This document shows, piece after piece, positions 36,925 through 47,214 of a DNA stretch of 64,000 nucleotides. The translations under genes were made by a program, and so were the position numbers. The stretch is taken from contig CAVPIB010000019.1 in the NCBI GenBank assembly GCA_963704885.1, positions 1 to 64,000 on the forward strand, read 5' to 3'. The DNA comes from an uncultured Actinomycetes bacterium (GTDB lineage: Bacteria; Actinomycetota; UBA4738; HRBIN12). The notes beneath the pieces were generated by a model. The model was not told the origin of the DNA, searched no databases, and was given only the letters and a program-made list of their open reading frames with translations. Positions within the stretch are counted from its first letter, which is position 1. Every line of letters begins with the position of its first letter.

Positions 36925-38677
36925 TCAGTGGCAGGGAACCGGTCCCCCGGAATCGAGCATGGTCCCGAACTCGTCGGTGAACCTCCAGGAGTACGACGTG
37001 GGAGTCCAGAGTCAAGATCAGGATCCCGTGATCCAGGATGTGTGCTTCGCTGGTCGGTAAGATCGTCGCGAAGGGATAGAGCCCCGCTCCGCCGGTCCCG
37101 ACGACGAACTGCCGGGTCCCGACCGGATCCCCGGCGCCGCCGCCGTCCATCGGCGCGAACCGCTCGTAGTCGTGGTCATGTCCGGAGATGTAGAGATCCA
37201 CCCCTTGGTCGACCAGGATCTGCCATGCCGCCTGCATGTTCCCCTGTGATCCGTGGCGACTGGTCGCACCCGTCCCACTCGGGGACGACCAACGAGGATG
37301 GTGCCCGTACGCGATCTCGCAGGTGTGCGGGTCGGCAGCGAGATCCGCCTGAAGGAAGGCGAGCTGGACTGAGCCGGCGCCGATCCCGGGACAGCCCTCG
37401 GATGGCGAGCACGCATCGGTGTCAAGAGCTACGAAGTGCCAGTCCCCGTCACCCCAGGAGTAGTAGAGGGGACCGCTCGCTGGCGCGACGTCGTCAGGGA
37501 AGTACGAGCGGTAACCCTCGGCGCCGTTGCCGTTCGCCGGATCGTCGTACTCGTGGTTCCCGGGAACCGGTCGCGTGATCGAGAGGAATGACGGGTCGTT
37601 CCCGCCTCCCCACCGCGTGTGGTACCGAGTCGCGAAGTCGTTCGCGGTCCCGGCGGGGTATGCGATGTCGCCCGCGACAAGGACCCAGTCCGGAGCCTCT
37701 GCCGAGACCCGATCCCCGGTCTGGGTGCACTTCGTCAGAGACGAGGTGGAGTTCTGACAGATGTCTCCGGCGACCACAACCCGGAGCGTTTCCGCGGTCC
37801 CCGTCACCGTGAAGTTCGTTGGCCCGACGGCTGAGCCGGCAGGGGTCGTCACCCTGATCGGCCCGGTCGAGGCTCCCGCCGGCACGGTGGCCGAGAGGCT
37901 CGAGTCGGAATCCACGGCGAAGACCGACGGCGTCCCGTTGAACGTCACGGCGCTCGCCCCCGTGAAGTCCGTCCCCGTGACCGTCGCGACCGTGCCGGGC
38001 GCGCCGCTCGTGGGCGCGAATGTCGTGATCGATGGGGGTCCGACTTGCCCACCCCCCACGCGCTCCTCCGCAACCGCTACATCGTCGAACTCGAGGTCAT
38101 AGCTCGAGCCGGCCACCGGGTTGCCGAGCTCGAGTTGCCGGATCGGCGCCGTCCCGAGGTTCTGCGTGCCCGACAACCCGGCGACCCGCACGCCGTCGTA
38201 CCAAACCTCGATCGCCCCACTCACCCCGTTGACTCCGGCGCGGAGCTCGACCTCGTGCCACTCGCCGGTCGTCACCGTGATCGTGGACACGCGGTTGATG
38301 CCCGCCACGTCGTTGCGGATGGCCAGCCGGCGGACTGACGTGAGGTAGAGGCGGGCGATCGGTCCCCCCGTCGAGGTCCGGAACCGGAGGAGGCGGACAG
38401 CGGTGGAGCTCGAGTACAACTTGACGAACGCTCTCGCGTACAGATCGGTCTCTGCGGTCGGCCAAACGGCTCGGGCCCATGCGTTCGAGGTGCCGTTGTT
38501 CCCGGCCGCCCGGATGCCCGACCTGGCGTCGCCTGTCTCGATCACGAGGCCCGCGCTCGCCGACCATGCCGCGAAGCTCCCGGACTCGAACCCGTCCGCG
38601 AACAGGGTCGCGGCCCCCGCGTCTACGGGGACGGCGATCATCCCGAGCCCGATCATCGCGACGACGAACCGTTTCAT
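36925..38677 (-). CDS. secreted metallophosphoesterase with an N-terminal beta-sandwich and an IPT/TIG domain, frameshift near the C-terminus
   Basis: Signal peptide, TIG-like PSITTFAPTSG, AGDI/GDIAY/GNHEY/HH/GHDH motifs. The natural end TSYSWRF...PCH* is in the adjacent frame after about 37002. Confidence 0.82.
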
Positions 38678-38993
38678 GACGACCCTCCCCCCGGGGACTA
38701 TCCGCGTCCCGGGCCTCTCCGGTCAAGCCGGCGCTCGGCTGTTGTCGGCGCTACCGATCACGCGAGCCGAAGCGCGAGGCGCGCCCCTCCGGATCCTCTG
38801 AAAGGGACAGGGCTGTCCGTCCAGACGGCTGCGAGAGTCCCTCGTATCGCAAGCACGAGAACTTGTGATCTTGAACCATCGCCCGTCGTCTGTAGAGACC
38901 CGGAGGCCGATACTGAGTCGAGATGTGCGCGATTCGAGTAGTCGATGGGTAGGCGAGCTAACGGAAAGAACTCGGAATCCGCCCCAGTAACGG

Positions 38994-39369
38994 ATGGGTC
39001 GACCAGGAGACTTCTGACGGTCTGGCGTGCCGTTGTAGTAGGACTGGTTTGTGTGATCCTGTTTGGGGTCGTCTCGTCGTGCTGCAGCTCGCGCGACTAG
39101 GCGATCCGGCGGACCCCGACGGACTGTCTATCGACAACCGAACGGATCAAGAGCTGCTTGTATACGGAGTCGTTCGCGAGGGGGGAACCAGTTCCGAGGT
39201 GACGGACGAGGTGCTCCGAGCCGACGTCCCACCCGGCACCCTTGTGGTGACGGACATGGTCTGTGGGCATCCCGAGCTCGTGGCAAGGACTGAGGGCGGA
39301 GTAGAAGTCGCAAGGCGGGTATCCACGGGGTGCGATGAAGGTCCCTGGATCATCGAGGACTTGCCCTGA
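38994..39369 (+). pseudogene. small membrane-anchored hypothetical protein with apparent frameshifts
   Basis: A TM segment (AVVVGLVCVILFGVV) in one frame joins LQLARLGDPADPDGLSIDNRTDQEL... in another. Confidence 0.45.
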
Positions 39370-39411
39370 CCGGGTGAGCGGACCTTCCTGTGCCGTGACC
39401 TAGGAGCGGTA

Positions 39412-39989
39412 CTACGACACCTCCGCAAGCTTCGCGTATCTGAAGCACGACGCTACGTGATCGTTCACCATGCCGGTGGCCTGCATGAACGCGTAGCAGA
39501 CCGTGGGACCGACGAAGCGGAAGCCGCGCTTCTTGAGGTCCTTGCTCATCGCGCGGGATCTATCGGTCTCCGCGGGGATCTCTGAGAGTCGGCGCCATCG
39601 GTTGACGAGAGGCTTGCCGTCGACGAACGACCACAGGTACGCGTCGAGTGAACCCAGCTCCTTCTGCACCGCGAGCGTCGCACGGGCGTTCGCCACGGTC
39701 GACTCGACCTTCAGCCGGTTGCGGACGATCGACGGATCCTGCAACAACCGCTCGATCTTGCGCCGGTCGAACCGTGCCACCTTCGCGGGGTCGAAGCCGG
39801 CGAACGCCTTCCGGTAGCCCTCGCGCTTGTGCAGGATCGTGGACCACGACAGCCCCGCCTGCGCCCCTTCGAGCGTGAGCATCTCGAACAGGTGGCGATC
39901 GTCGTGCGACGGCACGCCCCATTCCTCGTCGTGATACGCGAGGTAGGCGGGTCGCCCTCAGGCGCCCACTCGCACCGCACGGGGTTCAC
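39412..39989 (-). CDS. tag: DNA-3-methyladenine glycosylase I, frameshift near 39950
   Basis: RCEWA, then YHDEEWG in the next frame, LEGAQAGLSW, GFRFVGPT, NDH...C. Confidence 0.9.
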
Positions 39990-41108
39990 AGGCCCGTGCC
40001 GGTGAGCAGGTCTTCGGCCCGCTCGATCCCCTTCATGGTGTGCTCGATGTCGAACCCGAACCCGTACCGGATGCCCTTGCCCAGCCCGAACATGTCGCCG
40101 GGCACGAGCAGCACCGATCGCTCCTCGCGTATCCGATCACCAGGGCCGTCGAGCGGATCGGCAGGTCGTACTTCACGTAGGCGATCGCGCCGGCGACGGG
40201 CCTCACGTACGTGAACACGTCGTCGTGTGCGCCTATCCACGTCTCGATGTGCGGCAGGTTCGCGCGGATGATCGCGCGGGTGCGCGCGAAGATGTTCTCG
40301 CGGACCTCCGGCTGCATGGCGAACGCGCACAGCCGGTCCGAGATCGCACCGGGGCGAGCGTGGTGTAGTCGTGCCTGACCCACGTCTCGGCGATCAGTTC
40401 CGGCGGGCCGAGCGTCCATCCGATCCGAAGTCCGGGCATCCCGAACGCCTTCGACAGGCCGCTCGTGACGACGACCTTGTCGTAGCGACCCCAGAACGTG
40501 GGCGACGCCTGGTCGGCGTCGACCTCGGCGCCGCGGTAGATCTCGTCGGAGACGATCCATGCCCCAGCGCGGTCGGCCGCCGCGATCACGGCGTCCATCT
40601 CGTCGTCGGTCAGGACATGTCCCGTCGGATTGTTCGGGTTGCAGATCATCACGGCCTTGGTCTTCTTCGTGACGGCGCGATCCAGCTCGTCCAGGTCGAG
40701 CTGCCACCGTCCGTCTCGGAGCTTCAGCCGGAACCTGTCCGACGCCTTCCCGTAGTGGCGGCCCAAGCCCCAGCCCTGCATGTAGTTCGGGACCATGAAC
40801 GCCAGGCGATCGTCGCGATCGAGCAGCGTCCAGAGCGTCAGGTGGTTCGCCTCGGAGCCACCGGTCGTGAGCGAGACGTTCTCGATGGTCGCGCCCGGGT
40901 ACCAGGCCGCGATGTTGGCCCTGGACTCGTACGAGCCCTCCGAGAGGGGATAGCCGAGCGCGGTTGCCAGGAACTCCTCGGCGTCGGCGACCGGCCCCAG
41001 CAGGTCTCGGATGGTCATGGGGGTGACGCCCGACTCCGAAAGGTCGTGATCGACCAGGTGCCAGTACTGGGACTGCATCCGCTCCATCTCGAAGAGATCG
41101 ATATCCAT
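39986..41108 (-). CDS. class I/II aminotransferase, frameshifts near 40352 and 40137
   Basis: FEMER.QS, NPNNPTG, DEIY, SGLSKAFGMPGLRIGW. The C-terminus (VLLVPGDMFG) continues in other frames. Confidence 0.85.
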
Positions 41109-41196
41109 GGGAACCTCCTAGCTCGCGTCTCGCGAACCTAGCACCTCGTCCAGACACCCGGCGACGAACCGTCCGCCTCGGGGTAGGCTCGCCGGC

Positions 41197-42202
41197 ATGC
41201 GATTCCAACGGACCGTGCGGATCCTGCGCGAGGCAGATGTGCGCGCGTCCCTCGACATGGCAGCTTGCATCGAGGCGTGCGATCGAGCGTTCGCCGCGTA
41301 CTCCTTGGGCGGAGCCGCGAAGCCCAGCGTTATCCAACTGAACGTCCCCGAGCGCCAAGGCGAGGTCCACGTGAAGGCCGGTCACCTGCACGGCGAGCCG
41401 TTCTACGCGGTGAAGGTGGCATCTGGGTTCCCGCGCAACGTCGAGCTGGGTTTGCCCGCGAGCGACGGGATGCTGATCGTTTTCGATGCGGAGAATGGCC
41501 AACCTGCGGCGTTCCTGCTGGATAACGGCTACATCACCGACCTGAGAACGGGCGCGGCGGGAGGCGTGGCCGCCAAGCACCTTGCACCCGAGAAGGTATG
41601 GACGGTGGCGGTGATCGGAACAGGTGTGCAGGCCCGCTACCAGCTCGACGCGCTTTCGCTGGTTAGGCCGGGGTTCACGCAGGTGCGGGTCTGGGGTCGC
41701 GATGAAGCGGAAGGCCACTCTGCTGGTGACGGAGCTTCAACAACGCCCCGGCCTCCCCGAAGGGTGCGGGTTCGAGGTGGCCGCGTCGGTCGACGCGGCG
41801 GTTCACGACGCGGACGTCGTGATCACATGTACGGCGAGTCAGACCGCACTGGTCAGGGGGGAGTGGCTGAAGCTCGGCGCCCACGTAACCGCCGTCGGTT
41901 CGGACGCAGCCGACAAGCAGGAGCTGGATCCGTCGTTACCCGCCCGTGCCGACCTGCTGGTCGTGGACAGCCGCGAGCAGTGCGCCCAGATCGGCGAGCT
42001 TCATCACGCCCTGGCCTCCGGCCTGATCGATGAGCAGAAGGCAGTGGAGCTGGGCGAGGTCTGCGCGCTCACGCATCCCGGCCGAACGTCGCCCAGCCAG
42101 CTCACGGTCTGTGACCTGACCGGTGTGGGCGTGCTGGACGTGGCTGCCGCCAACGTCGTGATGGCGAACGCCGGCGATCGCGGTGACCTGATCGAGCTGT
42201 GA
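41197..42202 (+). CDS. ornithine cyclodeaminase / mu-crystallin family protein, frameshift near 41705
   Basis: ITDLRTGAAG and GTGVQA in frame 1. ADVVITCT, AVGSD...QE and DLTGVGVLD in the next frame. Confidence 0.88.
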
Positions 42203-42209
42203 GGTCGAA

Positions 42210-42977
42210 CTAGACGGACGCGCCTGTCAGCGCCGCCAGCACCTCGTCGTGAACGAGCCCGTTGGACGTGACCAGGCTCCCACCGTGACGGGGTGACGAG
42301 CCGTCGACCTGGGTCAGGCGGCCGCCGGCCTCCTCCACGATCACGATGAGCGGCGCGAGATCCCACTCCGATAGCTGGGGCTCGATCATGGCGACGGCGG
42401 CTCCCCGCGCCACCAACATGTGGCCCCAGAAGTCGCCGAACCCCCGGTTGCGCTGGGCGCCGGCCACCAGCCGCATGAACCGGTCGTGCTGCGGCGTCCC
42501 GATCCACGCCTCCACGTCGCCGAACACGACCATGCCGTCCGCGATCCGGTCCGCGGGCGAGACACGCATCGGCTCGCCGTTCCATGTGGCTCCCATGCCC
42601 CGGACCGCCGCGTAGCGCTCGCCGATCGCGGGAGCGTTGACCAGACCCAGGACGTACTCGCCTTCCACCTTCAGCGCTAACAGGTTCGCCCAGATCTGGA
42701 TCCCGGCCGCGTAGTTGCGCGTGCCGTCGATCGGATCGACGATCCACATCCTGTCGGACGCGCCCTCTACGCCGCCCTCCTCGCCCCGGACCGCATCGTC
42801 GGGGAACCGGGCACCGATCTCCCCGCGGATCATGGCTTCCACGGCGATATCCGCCTCGGTCACGGGGGAGGAGTCGGGCTTCCAGGTGACCTTGGGGTCG
42901 TTGCGGAAGTACGAGAGCGCCATCTCGCCGGCGCGGTCGGCCAGATCGTTGGCGAACGCGAGTTCCTCCTCGTACAT
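42210..42977 (-). CDS. hisN: inositol monophosphatase family, histidinol-phosphatase-like
   Basis: KPDSSPVTEAD, GEE, WIVDPIDGT, RGFGDFW, WDLAP. Confidence 0.82.
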   Translation of the reverse strand: MYEEELAFANDLADRAGEMALSYFRNDPKVTWKPDSSPVTEADIAVEAMIRGEIGARFPDDAVRGEEGGVEGASDRMWIVDPIDGTRNYAAGIQIWANLLALKVEGEYVLGLVNAPAIGERYAAVRGMGATWNGEPMRVSPADRIADGMVVFGDVEAWIGTPQHDRFMRLVAGAQRNRGFGDFWGHMLVARGAAVAMIEPQLSEWDLAPLIVIVEEAGGRLTQVDGSSPRHGGSLVTSNGLVHDEVLAALTGASV

Positions 42978-43039
42978 GCGGCGCAACCATACCGAACGGT
43001 CCGGGGCGCAACGGCCGTGGTCGGCTAGGCTGGACCGAC

Positions 43040-44404
43040 ATGGAGACGACCGTTGAGAGCACCGCGAAGCATACGGTGAAGCTCACGATCGAGGTTCCTG
43101 TGGACGAGTTCACGAAGGACCTCGATCGTGCGTACCGGAGCATCGCCAACCAGGTGAAGATCCCCGGGTTCCGCAAGGGAAAGGCCCCGAAGAAGATCAT
43201 CGACGCCCAGATCGGGCGCGACGTGGTGCGCGAGGAGTTCCTGTCCAACTCCGTACCCGTGTACTTCCGCGACGCGGTCCGTGGAGAGGACCTTGCCCCC
43301 ATCAGCGACCCCGACATCGCGCTCGAGCAGGTGGAGGACGACAAGCCGTTGATCTTCACGGCGACCGTCGAGGTCCGACCTCGCCTGGAGCTGGCGCCCG
43401 ATGACTACCGTGGCTTGAAGGTCGAGCGACCGGACACGTCCGTGACCGAACGGGAGATCGACGATTGGATCGAGCGACTACGCGAGCGCTTCGCGGAGCT
43501 CGAGCCCGTGGAGCGGCCTGCACAAGACGGTGACTTCGTCACCATCGATATCCGCGCCACCGTTCACGAGGAGGAGGTCGCCGAGGTCACGCGCACCGAC
43601 TACCTCTACTTCGTGAGCTCCGCCGAGTTCGGACCGAAGCTTGATGGGGAGCTGGCTGGCAAGCGCTCGGGAGACATCGTGAAGTTCAATGATGCGCTCC
43701 CGGAGCGGTTCGGTGAGGAGCTGAGCGGCGCCGAGGTGAGCTTCCAGGTCCTGGTGAAGGACGTGAAGGCCCGCAGGCTGCCCGATGCCGACGACGACTT
43801 CGCCAAGACCGCCTCAGAGTTCGACACGCTCGATCAGCTGCGAGACGACCTGCGGGAGCGCCTGGGTGAGCTGAAGGAGAAGGAAGCCCACGGCGTGCTC
43901 CGCGATCGGGCCCTGCAGGCCATGATCGACACGGTCGAGGTCGAGCTGCCGGACTCCCTGATCGAAGAAGAGACCGAGCACCGTGTGGCGCACGCGAAGG
44001 AACGAGCCGAAAGCGCTGGTGTGAGCTTGGAGCAGGTCTTGGAGGCACAAGGCTGGGACGAGGCTCGACTGCGCGAGGATTCGCGTGACCACGCGATCCG
44101 CGCCATCAAGTCTGACCTGGTACTTGAAGGCATCGCCCGCGCCGAGCACCTGGAGGTGACCGCCGAGGAGATCGGCACAGAGATATCTGTTCTGGCGCAG
44201 ACCTACGGGCGCGAACCGAAGGAGGTTGCGAAAGCCCTGGAGCGAAGTGGACAGATGGTGACCCTCGCCGGGGATATCATCAGGGGGAAAGCACTCGACC
44301 TCCTGGTCGAGCATGCCGATATCACAGACGAGAGCCCGACCGAGGAGTCGACCGATCCGGTCGACGAGCCGGACACCGAGACAACGTCGGAGGAGAGCAC
44401 ATGA
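43040..44404 (+). CDS. tig: trigger factor
   Basis: [10 protein letters not shown] ribosome-binding motif. Precedes clpP-clpX. Confidence 0.96.
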   Translation: METTVESTAKHTVKLTIEVPVDEFTKDLDRAYRSIANQVKIPGFRKGKAPKKIIDAQIGRDVVREEFLSNSVPVYFRDAVRGEDLAPISDPDIALEQVEDDKPLIFTATVEVRPRLELAPDDYRGLKVERPDTSVTEREIDDWIERLRERFAELEPVERPAQDGDFVTIDIRATVHEEEVAEVTRTDYLYFVSSAEFGPKLDGELAGKRSGDIVKFNDALPERFGEELSGAEVSFQVLVKDVKARRLPDADDDFAKTASEFDTLDQLRDDLRERLGELKEKEAHGVLRDRALQAMIDTVEVELPDSLIEEETEHRVAHAKERAESAGVSLEQVLEAQGWDEARLREDSRDHAIRAIKSDLVLEGIARAEHLEVTAEEIGTEISVLAQTYGREPKEVAKALERSGQMVTLAGDIIRGKALDLLVEHADITDESPTEESTDPVDEPDTETTSEEST

Positions 44405-45039
44405 GCGACATGAAGAACTACCTCGTGCCCGTGGTGGTCGAGCAGACCAGCCGCGGGGAGCGTTCGTTCGACATCTACTCGCGCCTGCTGAAGGAGCGGA
44501 TCGTGTTCTTGGGGACGCCGATCGACGACCAGGTCGGCAACCTGATCATGGCGCAGCTGCTGCATCTGGAGTCCGACGACCCGGACAAGGACATCCACCT
44601 GTACATCAACTCGCCGGGTGGAGACATCACGACGTTGTTCGCGATCTACGACACCATGCAGTACATCAAGCCCGACGTGTCGACGATCGTGATGGGACAG
44701 GCGGCCTCTGCCGCCGCCGTGCTTCTTCTCGCCGGCGCCCATGGCAAGCGGTTCGCCCTGCCGCACGCGCGCGTGCTGCTTCACCAGCCACACGGTGGCG
44801 CGCAGGGTCAGGCCGTCGACATCGAGATCCAGGCGAAGGAGATCACCCGGTACCGCAAGCTGCTCGAGCAGTTGATCTCCGAGCACACCGGGCAGCCACT
44901 CGAGAAGGTCAGCAAGGACACGGACCGCGATTACATCCTCACGGCCGATGAGGCGAAGGACTACGGCGTCATCGACGAGATCATCACCAGCAGAGGTATC
45001 TCGGTTGAGCTGGCGGCCGCGGCGGCCGGCGGGGCGTAA
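44401..45039 (+). CDS. clpP: Clp protease proteolytic subunit
   Basis: [30 protein letters not shown]. Confidence 0.96.
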   Translation: MSDMKNYLVPVVVEQTSRGERSFDIYSRLLKERIVFLGTPIDDQVGNLIMAQLLHLESDDPDKDIHLYINSPGGDITTLFAIYDTMQYIKPDVSTIVMGQAASAAAVLLLAGAHGKRFALPHARVLLHQPHGGAQGQAVDIEIQAKEITRYRKLLEQLISEHTGQPLEKVSKDTDRDYILTADEAKDYGVIDEIITSRGISVELAAAAAGGA

Positions 45040-45101
45040 GATTCCTCGGTCGGCCGGGCTCGGATGAGCTCGGTCGTTCCGATACAGGAGGACAGGGGCT
45101 G

Positions 45102-46379
45102 ATGGCGAAGTTCGGAGACTCGGACCTGCTGAAGTGCTCCTTCTGCGGGAAGAGCCAGAAGCAGGTGAAGAAGTTGATCGCCGGTCCCGGCGTGTACATC
45201 TGCGACGAGTGCATCGACCTCTGCAACGAGATCATCGAAGAGGAGCTATCCGAGACCTCCGAGCTCAAGCTCGACGACCTCCCCAAGCCCCAGGAGATCT
45301 ACGCGTTCCTGGACGAGTACGTGGTCGGCCAAGACACCTCGAAGAAAGTGCTGTCCGTCGCGGTCTACAACCACTACAAGCGGATCCAGGTCGGACAGAA
45401 GGACTCCGAGGTTGAGCTCCAGAAGTCGAACATCATGATCTTGGGTCCAACCGGCTGCGGGAAGACCTACCTGGCGCAGACTCTCGCCCGCATGCTGAAC
45501 GTGCCTTTCGCGATCGCCGACGCCACCGCGTTGACCGAGGCCGGATACGTGGGCGAGGACGTCGAGAACATCTTGCTGAAGCTGATCCAGGCGGCCGATT
45601 ACGACGTGAAGAAAGCAGAGACCGGCATCATCTACATCGACGAGATCGACAAGATCGCCCGCAAGTCCGAGAACCCGTCGATCACCCGCGACGTCAGCGG
45701 CGAAGGTGTGCAGCAGGCGCTGCTGAAGATCCTGGAGGGCACCACGGCCTCCGTGCCACCCCAGGGTGGTCGCAAGCATCCGCACCAGGAGTTCATCCAG
45801 GTCGACACCACCAACATGCTGTTCATCTGCGGCGGGGCGTTCGCGGGCCTGGACAAGATCATCGAGAGCCGGATCGGCAAGAAGGGCGTTGGCTTCGGCG
45901 CCGACATCCGCCGGGCGGCCGAGAAGGACATGGGCGAGATCTTGGGCAAGGTGCTCCCCGAGGACCTCCTCAAGTACGGGTTGATCCCCGAGTTCGTGGG
46001 GCGCCTGCCGGTGATCACCAGCGTCAACAACCTGGACGAGAGCTCCCTGGTCGACATCCTCACCAAGCCGAAGAACGCACTCGTGAAGCAGTACCAGCGG
46101 TTCTTCGAATTCGATGGCGTGGAGCTCGAGTTCACCGAGGAGTCCCTGCAGGCGATCGCCGAGCAGGCGATCCTGCGCGGGACGGGCGCGCGCGGCCTGC
46201 GCGCGATCATGGAAGAGGTCCTGCTGAACGTGATGTACGAGTTGCCCTCGCGCGAGGACGTAACGAAGTGCCTGGTGGACCGCGACGTCGTGCTCACTGG
46301 GGTGAACCCGACGCTGGTCCCGCGAACGGGTTCGAAGAAGCGCTCTCGCGGCGACGAGCCGCGCGAACGCACCGCGTGA
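45102..46379 (+). CDS. clpX: Clp protease ATP-binding subunit
   Basis: CSFC...CDEC zinc finger, [21 protein letters not shown] loop. Confidence 0.97.
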   Translation: MAKFGDSDLLKCSFCGKSQKQVKKLIAGPGVYICDECIDLCNEIIEEELSETSELKLDDLPKPQEIYAFLDEYVVGQDTSKKVLSVAVYNHYKRIQVGQKDSEVELQKSNIMILGPTGCGKTYLAQTLARMLNVPFAIADATALTEAGYVGEDVENILLKLIQAADYDVKKAETGIIYIDEIDKIARKSENPSITRDVSGEGVQQALLKILEGTTASVPPQGGRKHPHQEFIQVDTTNMLFICGGAFAGLDKIIESRIGKKGVGFGADIRRAAEKDMGEILGKVLPEDLLKYGLIPEFVGRLPVITSVNNLDESSLVDILTKPKNALVKQYQRFFEFDGVELEFTEESLQAIAEQAILRGTGARGLRAIMEEVLLNVMYELPSREDVTKCLVDRDVVLTGVNPTLVPRTGSKKRSRGDEPRERTA

Positions 46380-47173
46380 CCCTCCGCCGTTCGCTTGGCC
46401 TCCTGACGCTGCTGCAGCTCGTACTTGTCGCGTGCGCCAACGATGGCGGGGCATCCGGCGGCGAGAGTCACGACCCGGCCGACCTGACCGGCGTCACGTG
46501 GCAGCTCGATGGGTCGTCGATCGCGTCGCTGGTGAGCGACCCACCCCAGGCGGTGGTCACGCTCGAGTTCGCGGATGGACAGGCTGGAGGAAGGGCCGCC
46601 TGCAACAGCTATGGGGGCGCTTACCAGGCGGGGGACGATGGATCGCTCTCCTTCGAGATGTTCGCCGTGACCGAGATGGCGTGCGACGAGCCGCTGATGG
46701 CGTTGGAGAGCGCCTACCTGGCGGCGCTCGGACAGGTGACCGGGTTCGGCGTGGAGGGAAACCTGGCGCTCACCGGCGGGGACGTCGCGCTGAAGTTCGG
46801 CGTGGTGGTGCCGCCCGAGCCTCTTCCGCTCGTGGGCACGACCTGGACGCTCACCACGATCGCCTCGGGCGACGCGGTCTCGAGCACGATCGCAGGCACC
46901 GAGGTCACCGCGGTGTTCGACGATACCGAATCGTCGGTCTCAGGTTCAGCAGGGTGCAATCGTTACGCGGGCACTTATGCCAACGGGGGAGGGACACTGG
47001 CTTTCTCAGCTCTCGCGATCACCAAGATGATGTGCGCCGAGGATGTGATGGCGCAGGAGTCTGGATTCCTGGCGTCCATGGAGCAGGTTGCCGCATCCGC
47101 GATCGAGGGGACCCAGTTGTCGTTGTTCGACAGCGCCGGCGCCCTCTTACTCGCATTCGATGGCCAGGTGTGA
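46376..47173 (+). CDS. lipoprotein with two META (HslJ-like) domains
   Basis: LVAC lipobox, two W.L...G..ACN/GCN...T.M.C units. Confidence 0.85.
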   Translation: MTLRRSLGLLTLLQLVLVACANDGGASGGESHDPADLTGVTWQLDGSSIASLVSDPPQAVVTLEFADGQAGGRAACNSYGGAYQAGDDGSLSFEMFAVTEMACDEPLMALESAYLAALGQVTGFGVEGNLALTGGDVALKFGVVVPPEPLPLVGTTWTLTTIASGDAVSSTIAGTEVTAVFDDTESSVSGSAGCNRYAGTYANGGGTLAFSALAITKMMCAEDVMAQESGFLASMEQVAASAIEGTQLSLFDSAGALLLAFDGQV

Positions 47174-47214
47174 TCGAGGCTAGGGTTCCGACCTTCGTTT
47201 CGTAGACTCGCGCC

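Noticed and set aside
36925-42202. Programmed frameshifting or phase variation
   Set aside because: No long homopolymers or slippery heptamers. Scattered one-base indels in unrelated genes fit sequencing error better.
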